Under the pieces are notes generated by a model. The model was given only the letters and a program-made list of their open reading frames with translations, did not search any database and was not told the origin of the DNA. Shown piece after piece: positions 7,749-13,931 of a stretch of 13,931 nucleotides of DNA. The translations under genes were made by a program, and so were the position numbers. The DNA is from Candidatus Heimdallarchaeota archaeon B3_Heim (GTDB lineage: Archaea > Asgardarchaeota > Heimdallarchaeia > Hodarchaeales > Hodarchaeaceae): the NCBI GenBank assembly GCA_003144275.1, contig NJBF01000064.1:1-13931 (forward strand), read 5' to 3'. Within the stretch, counting starts at the first letter, position 1; each line of letters opens with the position of its first letter.

Positions 7749-9287
7749 TCAATTTTCAGTTGTTTGGTACTGCACGTACAGTTTTTCTAGACGTTTGGTG
7801 TCAAGGTTCATACTTAATTCCTCCATTACCTCATAGATATAGTTTAAATCTGCTTTGTGGATAATATTCGAAAGATTCATTTGTTGTAGAATCTTCTGCG
7901 ATATGGGGCGCTTAGCTTTCCAATAGACAAAAGTATTAAGAAATTTCAAAACTATAGGATGCTGTAGTAAAGCATAGAAGAGAAAAGCTTCCTCTTTAGA
8001 TGAAGTAGGGAGGAAATAACTGGTATCATCAAGAACTACAGGCTTATTTTGAATAGGTCCAATTAATCGAAAATGAAGCTGTTTATGAAGACCTGAGACT
8101 CCGATTTTCCAATGAGTAAATGTATAAGGCCCCACACCAAATACTGAGAACGCAGGTTTCCCCTTATAGATTGAGCTTCCTCGTTTCTCTAGTAAAGGTT
8201 TATTACGATTTAAATATGTCCATGTCTTTGGAGCAAGTCCTTTGATTTTTGAGGTATCCTCACCAACGAATTTTTGAGGGACTATCAACCAGCGATGGGT
8301 AAATTTTACCTCATTATGAGCCAGATCAGTACTTTTGAGGAGTGGATAGAGATACGTATCCTCAAGATTCACCTTCTCATTTAGTCCATTAACATAAGAA
8401 TTTTCTTCATTTTTCAAAATCATTATTTTCGCGGCGTCGTGTTTTATACCAGATCTCCATGGGATAGAAAATTTTCCATGAAGGAAATTCATTTCTTGAA
8501 AAGACGACATGTCATTAACTAAGAGTTTATCAATTATACCAAGAGTGGAAGAGGGATTAGTTGAAGTTAGTGAGGAAAAGACAGGACATACGTTGGCTGT
8601 TCTCCCTGGTTTTATAGAACAGGTGAGTAAACACGCATCAACCGATGCGTTAAAATTAGTCGTAGCGTCAATACGGTTTATTGTTATAGTTGATACCGAG
8701 AGTCGATTCGTATTAACATATTTAAAGATTTTTCGTGCGACACTTACCTTACAGAGAATAGCTAATATCCCTGATGAATCACTCATTGCTTCAAGTAACT
8801 TTAAAATCATCCATTCTGAAATATCAAAATTACTCTTCCCAGTGATAGAATCTAAACCTGTAAACTTATGTATATTACTTTTTCGTGGAAGATTTTTGCC
8901 TTTAAGCAATCCTTGTTCTGATGAGGTGACCCATGGCAAATTTCCAAGTATTAAAATAGGTGCTGTTAATTTAGAAATAAATTCGTGCCAATTTTTATTA
9001 AAAAAATTCGTGTGTTCAAGAAAAACGACTTTTTCTTTCTTGAGCTTACCAATCTCCTGATTTAATTGTCTTAAATATTCGTCATTGAGGTCAAATCCAT
9101 ATATCTTTGTATCTGGAAACTTTCTAGTGGCTGCAAGAACGAAAGAACCCGTTCCGCAAGTAGGTTCAATAATTGTGGAAGGAGAGATCCCATCAGATTT
9201 TAATTTTGTGACAATAGTTTCAGCAAGAATCGTGGGGGTTTGGAAATCTCCGTACTCCTTAATGTACTTTCCCTTGTGTGAGTTCAT
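7749..9287 (-). CDS. Amino (N4-C/N6-A) DNA methyltransferase, solitary; resembles NspV-type modification methylases (family call from memory)
   Basis: GDFQTP (motif X), IEPTCGTGSF (motif I), GNLPW (motif IV), and C-terminal WRSGIKHD / LYPLLKS TRD-like motifs. ATG 9287 preferred because the 30 upstream codons lack a conserved look and overlap the element end motif. Confidence 0.85.
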   Translation of the reverse strand: MNSHKGKYIKEYGDFQTPTILAETIVTKLKSDGISPSTIIEPTCGTGSFVLAATRKFPDTKIYGFDLNDEYLRQLNQEIGKLKKEKVVFLEHTNFFNKNWHEFISKLTAPILILGNLPWVTSSEQGLLKGKNLPRKSNIHKFTGLDSITGKSNFDISEWMILKLLEAMSDSSGILAILCKVSVARKIFKYVNTNRLSVSTITINRIDATTNFNASVDACLLTCSIKPGRTANVCPVFSSLTSTNPSSTLGIIDKLLVNDMSSFQEMNFLHGKFSIPWRSGIKHDAAKIMILKNEENSYVNGLNEKVNLEDTYLYPLLKSTDLAHNEVKFTHRWLIVPQKFVGEDTSKIKGLAPKTWTYLNRNKPLLEKRGSSIYKGKPAFSVFGVGPYTFTHWKIGVSGLHKQLHFRLIGPIQNKPVVLDDTSYFLPTSSKEEAFLFYALLQHPIVLKFLNTFVYWKAKRPISQKILQQMNLSNIIHKADLNYIYEVMEELSMNLDTKRLEKLYVQYQTTEN

Positions 9288-9355
9288 AAACAGTATCACA
9301 AAGTAATTCATTAAGAATCTTCCTCGTAATAATGCTCTTGTCGAATTCCTTTCCA

Positions 9356-9377
9356 CATGATCAAATTTGTCTGACAA
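9356..9377 (+). repeat. Left end motif catg-atcaa-atttgtc-t-gacaa (TIR-like)
   Basis: 16/22 match to the reverse complement of 10758-10779. The same consensus occurs at 6012-6033 and 6348-6369. Confidence 0.75.
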
Positions 9378-9462
9378 CGATATTTATTAGTATAGGCTAG
9401 GAAGAAAAAAGGTTCATTTTCGTCACATTTGTTATTTTCACTGATCTCTCTCTGTCTCGAGC

Positions 9463-9468
9463 TTATAA
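9463..9468 (+). promoter_or_regulatory. TATA-like box (TTATAA) for tnpB
   Basis: 22-27 nt upstream of ATG 9490, consistent with a leaderless archaeal transcript. Confidence 0.45.
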
Positions 9469-9489
9469 GAGCGAGTGAGCCTTACTGGA

Positions 9490-10788
9490 ATGGGAATGCG
9501 TACCAAAAAACACTCTCACCCCCAGTTAGCTATCCGAATGCAGATGAAACCACGGCCCATTTTTACTGATTTGTGCACCTGCGCCAAAAATCTGTATAAT
9601 CGTGCCACCTATGAGGTGCGCCAGGAATTCTTTAAGACAGGGAAATGGATACAATATATTAGCCTCTATCATCGCCTCAAGCACGAACCAGTGTATCTAG
9701 CATTAAAGGACATTTCGGATAGTTATTTACCGCAACAAGTCCTCCGGCAGGTGGAACAAATCTGGCGGAGCTTTTTTAACGGACTAAAAGCATGGAAAAC
9801 CGATCCGACCAAATTTCAAGCCCGTCCCCGAGAGCCGAGGTATAAACCCAAGAATGGGCTGCACATGCTGAACTTTCCCCGTCCACAGGTCCGAATTCGG
9901 GAGAAACAGATTCTTTTTGCTCGGAATCTCATGGTGCGCGGCTTTCCCACTTTTTCACTCGGAACCCTTCCATTAACTGCAGAAACGTGTGTGGGAGCTC
10001 GATTGGTACCGTATTATGATCGATTTGTGGTAGAATTACTCTATGAAGTGCAAGTTCACCCTTTTCCCACCACTGATTCGTCTTCTCCCCGAGCTATGGG
10101 AATAGATCTTGGTCTTAACAACCTCGTAACTACGTCAGACGGGTTACTCGTCAAAGGCGGGGTAGTTAAAACTATTAATCAGTGGTATAACAAACAACTT
10201 GCTCATTATCGGTCGATTGCAGCCACTCACAATCAACAGTTCTCCACTCACCGGATTCAAAGTCTTCAGCGAGGGCGGATGAACCGTCTGCAGAATTTCT
10301 TCCATCAAACCTCTCGGAGGATTATCACTTACTGTTTACAGCACAATATCGATACATTGGTCATCGGTTACAATGCGAGGTGGAAACAGCACTGTAACTT
10401 AGGAAAACGCACCAATCAGTCTTTTGTTCAAATCCCCTTCCTTAAATTCGTTCAGATGCTCGAGTATAAAGCGAAACTTGTGGGGATGACGGTAGTGCGA
10501 GTAAACGAGGCGTATACTTCCCAACAATGTAGTCAGTGTGGTTATGTAGACAAACGTAACCGAAAATCGCGCGGGTGTTTCTGTTGTCGTAAATGTGGTC
10601 ATCACCTGAATGCTGATTATAATGCCGCCCGTAATATCCTTCAGCGGTATATTAACCGCAGCCAAGTAATCCCTACAGTCAGTTCACCTTCATCGGTGGC
10701 TCACTTGCCGGATAGCGGATGTGTGACTCATCCTGTCCAGAACTATTTGCTAAATAGTTGTCTGACAAATCAAGTCATAACTCCATAA
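9490..10788 (+). CDS. tnpB: RNA-guided endonuclease TnpB with a rearranged RuvC-II site
   Basis: Residues numbered from GTG 9475: GIDLG (D211), LVIGY (G298 at the canonical Glu position), VNEAYTS (E345), Zn finger CSQC/CRKC, and NADYNAARNI (D381). Start is ATG 9490 or 9496. Confidence 0.96.
   Translation: MGMRTKKHSHPQLAIRMQMKPRPIFTDLCTCAKNLYNRATYEVRQEFFKTGKWIQYISLYHRLKHEPVYLALKDISDSYLPQQVLRQVEQIWRSFFNGLKAWKTDPTKFQARPREPRYKPKNGLHMLNFPRPQVRIREKQILFARNLMVRGFPTFSLGTLPLTAETCVGARLVPYYDRFVVELLYEVQVHPFPTTDSSSPRAMGIDLGLNNLVTTSDGLLVKGGVVKTINQWYNKQLAHYRSIAATHNQQFSTHRIQSLQRGRMNRLQNFFHQTSRRIITYCLQHNIDTLVIGYNARWKQHCNLGKRTNQSFVQIPFLKFVQMLEYKAKLVGMTVVRVNEAYTSQQCSQCGYVDKRNRKSRGCFCCRKCGHHLNADYNAARNILQRYINRSQVIPTVSSPSSVAHLPDSGCVTHPVQNYLLNSCLTNQVITP
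10640..10784 (+). ncRNA. omega-RNA scaffold overlapping the tnpB 3' end; guide predicted from ~10780-10785 onward
   Basis: Stems: gcggt/accgc; ggatg/catcc (10717-10733); long bulged hairpin 10734-10767 with core aactattt/aaatagtt. Loop tgtgact pairs with agtcata (10773-10779) as a pseudoknot. The 5' limit is a guess. Confidence 0.8.
10758..10779 (-). repeat. Right end motif (reverse complement tatg-acttg-atttgtc-a-gacaa)
   Basis: Inverted partner of 9356-9377. Lies inside the omega-RNA scaffold. Confidence 0.75.
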
Positions 10789-10840
10789 CAGGACTATAAG
10801 ATTTTTATAAACTCACGTTTACATTTTAGAAGACTGATAT

Positions 10841-12277
10841 ATGACCCATTTTTTAGATGAAATTCTGAACCCGAAATCGGTGGCATTCTTAGGAGCCTCA
10901 AATAACATAATAACGATGGGTACTGGCCAGTGTTATACTCTCAAGTCTCGATTTACAGGAAAAATCTTCCCGATTCATCCTTCCGAGAAAAGAATTCTTG
11001 GTCTTCCTGTATATCGCAAATTAGAGGATTTACCAGAAATTCCTGATCTTCTGATAATTGTCCTTCCTACTCGTCTTGTGACTGAATATCTCGAAGCTGC
11101 AGGAAAACTCGGTATTCCTTACGCCATTATTGTGTCAGCAGGTTTTGGCGAAGTTGGTGATGTCGACAGTCAAGAAAAATTGAATGAAATCGCCAATGAG
11201 TATAATATGCGTTTTATTGGGCCCAATTGTATTGGTGTCATAAATACTCATAGTTGTCATGGCATTCTGAATTGTACATGGTTTCCTTTCGAACTCCCCT
11301 CGGGACAGACAGGTAATATCTCCTTGCTAAGCCAAAGCGGATCGTGGATATCGCAAATACTAATATGGGCAGAAAGAAGGGGCATAAGAATTGGAAAATC
11401 GATTTCTGTGGGGAATGAAGCCAATACTAGTATTACTGAGTGTTTAGATTTTTTTCGCCAGGATGACCAAACTGAAGTAATAGGGATGTATCTTGAAGGG
11501 ATAAAGAGTGAAGGACGTAAATTTGTAGAGACATTACAGGCAACCGCTAAGGATAAACCAGTTGTCGTTTCATATCATGGAGGAACCACAGCGGGAGCTC
11601 GTGCAGGAATGTCTCACACAGCGTCATTAGGGGGTAACCCCTCAATCTATGAAACCATCTTCAAGCAATCAGGCGTCATACAAGCTGCCAATATGGAAGA
11701 ATTATTCGAATTTACTCATGCCTTTTCATTAGCCCATCCTCCCAAAGGAAATAGAATTGGACTAGTTACAAACTCGGGGGGACCAGCTGTGACATTAGCA
11801 GATTTATGTGAAAAAGAAGGACTTCGAGTAGTATCATTCTCTAATGATTTACAAAGTCAATTAAAAGAAATTATCCCTACTGTGGCTTCTGCTAACAATC
11901 CGATAGATTTAACCTTCGATATGAATTTCACTCTATTCTATGAAGACGTTCCTAAACTAATATGGCATTCAGGAGAAGTAGATGCCTTAGTTTTTTATGG
12001 AATTTTTGGTAGCAGTATGTTGGAGCGGTCTGTCCGCTATAACCATGGTGAATTCAAAGATCTTTTTCCGCTTGAAGGGATGAATTTTCTTGTAAAAGAA
12101 ACTCTAGACAGATTTTTTGAGTGGGTTCATACAAATAAGATACCTGTCCTAATTAGCTGTATTGATACTGCAGATAATCTCATTCCGATACTACAGGAGA
12201 ACAGGATTCCCGTATTTAAGTGGCCAGGCATGACAGTAAAAGCAATGAAGGCACTAGTAGAATATTATTCTAGATAA
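10841..12277 (+). CDS. Acyl-CoA synthetase (NDP-forming) alpha-type subunit / CoA-binding protein
   Basis: LNPKSVAFLGAS, FIGPNCIG, SQSG, SVGNEA, phospho-His motif SHTASLGG, TNSGGPAV and ANNPIDLT. No fused ATP-grasp domain. Confidence 0.92.
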   Translation: MTHFLDEILNPKSVAFLGASNNIITMGTGQCYTLKSRFTGKIFPIHPSEKRILGLPVYRKLEDLPEIPDLLIIVLPTRLVTEYLEAAGKLGIPYAIIVSAGFGEVGDVDSQEKLNEIANEYNMRFIGPNCIGVINTHSCHGILNCTWFPFELPSGQTGNISLLSQSGSWISQILIWAERRGIRIGKSISVGNEANTSITECLDFFRQDDQTEVIGMYLEGIKSEGRKFVETLQATAKDKPVVVSYHGGTTAGARAGMSHTASLGGNPSIYETIFKQSGVIQAANMEELFEFTHAFSLAHPPKGNRIGLVTNSGGPAVTLADLCEKEGLRVVSFSNDLQSQLKEIIPTVASANNPIDLTFDMNFTLFYEDVPKLIWHSGEVDALVFYGIFGSSMLERSVRYNHGEFKDLFPLEGMNFLVKETLDRFFEWVHTNKIPVLISCIDTADNLIPILQENRIPVFKWPGMTVKAMKALVEYYSR

Positions 12278-12330
12278 GATGCTTGGACAAGTCTAGAAGG
12301 ATTAATTTTTACACAGATCTCTGGATTAAC

Positions 12331-13626
12331 TCATTCAGAATTTAAAGACATCGTAAACTCTTTTAAAATGCCACAGGCACCCCTAAGATTTGGAGCAAAT
12401 TCATTGACAAAGTCTAAAGGATTCTTATCTATTGTAGACGCTCTTTCTGTGTATTCATCCAATACGAGTTTTCCATCATAATCAACTGTGGATAATCGAA
12501 GACAGAGATTTTTTTTCGGCATCCCGAACTCTGATCCTGGTAATGTGGCTAAATTATATTTTTTGAGTAAGAATTTGGCAAGTTTCTTTGAAGTTGTTAA
12601 ATCCATTTTTTTGAGCATTTCTTTCTTGTCATTCCAATCTGGGAAAAGATAGAATCCTCCTTTTGGAGAAACACATGATATTCCTGCCTCCGTTAAACGA
12701 TTATATACATAATTCGTCATCAAACTATGGATTCGTGTGCATGTTCGAATATATGCTATCAATTCCTTGTCAGGCTTATAGGCAGTGATTGCGGCGTATT
12801 GAATGGGAGAAGATGCTGAGGACCAAATCTCACTTATTATTGATAGAATTGAGCGTTTTACATCATCATTTCTTTTTGGAAGTAAAAGAACACCTAATCG
12901 GTATCCCCCTAGCGATCGATCTTTCGAAAATCCCCCAGTGATTATTGTACCTTCGGGGTAATATTCTGCGAGAGAATGGTGTTCATGGTTATTGTAACTA
13001 ATCAAGGAATAGATTTCGTCTGAAATAACAATTATGTTATGTTTTCTCAATATTGGGACTAATTCCTTAAGTTGCTCTTTTGAGTATGATTGTCCAGTCG
13101 GATTATTAGGATAATTCAATAACAATAGCTTCTGTCTAGATAAATCTAAAGTCGTCTTTTCTATTGAAGATAGTAAGGACGATGGAGTTAGAAGATAGGA
13201 GGATTCAGGAGATGTTTCTATAAATATAACCTTTTTATGGACTAGGTACGCTTGATGTTGGTAACTTACCCATGATGGCGTTGGTAATAGAAGAGGACCA
13301 TCAAGGGCTGCAATTGCGTGAAATATGAGCGATTTACTACCTAGAGCGACAATCACCTGCTTAGGTTTGAATTCTAAATTAAAAACTTCTTTGTAAAAAG
13401 AGCTTATTTGTTTCCGTAAAGCAAAAAATCCTTGAGTAGGTGAATAATACTTCTTATCGGCATGTATGCAAAGTGCTCTCTTAATTCTATCATGTACAGG
13501 AAATGGTGATTCACCAAATCCCATGTGATAAATCTTTTGCCCTTTCTTACGTTTTTTGATGACTAATTCATTGATTGCTAATGTTGCTGAGGGTCTGAGT
13601 CTCCTTATTTCAGGGATAATTTCCAT
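12331..13626 (-). CDS. Class I/II PLP-dependent aminotransferase
   Basis: GFGESPF, PSWVSY, LNYPNNPTG, ISDEIY, PLP lysine in GFSKDRSLGGYRLG, PKGGFYLF and LRLS. Confidence 0.95.
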   Translation of the reverse strand: MEIIPEIRRLRPSATLAINELVIKKRKKGQKIYHMGFGESPFPVHDRIKRALCIHADKKYYSPTQGFFALRKQISSFYKEVFNLEFKPKQVIVALGSKSLIFHAIAALDGPLLLPTPSWVSYQHQAYLVHKKVIFIETSPESSYLLTPSSLLSSIEKTTLDLSRQKLLLLNYPNNPTGQSYSKEQLKELVPILRKHNIIVISDEIYSLISYNNHEHHSLAEYYPEGTIITGGFSKDRSLGGYRLGVLLLPKRNDDVKRSILSIISEIWSSASSPIQYAAITAYKPDKELIAYIRTCTRIHSLMTNYVYNRLTEAGISCVSPKGGFYLFPDWNDKKEMLKKMDLTTSKKLAKFLLKKYNLATLPGSEFGMPKKNLCLRLSTVDYDGKLVLDEYTERASTIDKNPLDFVNEFAPNLRGACGILKEFTMSLNSE

Positions 13627-13931
13627 TAGTACACAATTCCCTTGAATGATCCATAAGAATTTCTGATGTTGTGGATTAAAAACAGTCAGTGTTGAATATC
13701 GCAGAAATCTTCCTTATAAAAATGTGATCAATTCCTAAGTTGAAAATCATGCATAATTTTCTGTCAGTTGATCATTGGTAAAAATCTTTAAAGTAGGATT
13801 TTTATTAACAATAGGATAATGAAAGAAAAATGGTGATTACTTTAATTGTACCTCTCCATTAAGGTCTATCATTTATTTTCTAAAAAAATAGAAATTGGTT
13901 TTTAATAATGTTGTCGGATATCGAAATTGCG

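Larger units (their letters stand above)
9356..10784 (+). mobile_element. TnpB-only (IS1341-like) element with inverted end motifs; no transposase in the window
   Basis: Contains tnpB and an omega-RNA. GC is visibly higher than in the flanks. The ends are defined by homology with the mini-copy. Exact junctions are uncertain by several nt. Confidence 0.8.

Noticed and set aside
8509-10665. ORFs 8509-9060(+), 9085-9306(+) and 10399-10665(-)
   Set aside because: Antisense shadows of the methyltransferase and tnpB.
9340-10800. Target-site duplication or IS607-type GG/CC core at the junctions
   Set aside because: tcc/tcca occurs near both ends, but the spacing is inconsistent between the two copies.
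1-13931. CRISPR array, tRNA or rRNA
   Set aside because: No regularly spaced repeats and no cloverleaf or rRNA signatures seen by eye.

Overview
AT-rich, archaeal-looking window. An Asgard/Heimdallarchaeia origin is my guess from gene style and cannot be proven from the sequence. Most genes are ordinary: ABM-fold protein, ICMT/PEMT-type membrane methyltransferase, alpha/beta hydrolase, DinB, TPR protein, solitary DNA methyltransferase, acyl-CoA ligase alpha chain and a PLP aminotransferase. The main interest is a transposase-less TnpB element (~9356-10784). Its RuvC-II Glu is replaced by Gly, with an alternative Glu 47 aa downstream, which is the Fanzor-like rearranged site. A ~360-bp deletion derivative lies at 6006-6369 on the minus strand. 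It keeps the left end, a 36-nt tnpB scrap and an omega-RNA scaffold with compensatory base changes. All four ends of the two copies carry the same inward-pointing 22-bp motif, CATG-N5-ATTTGTC-N-GACAA, arranged like terminal inverted repeats, which is not typical of IS200/IS605. The mini-element and an RHH/wHTH + ParA/MinD gene pair sit between two diverged direct copies of the TPR gene 5' end, suggesting an integration or allele-replacement scar.
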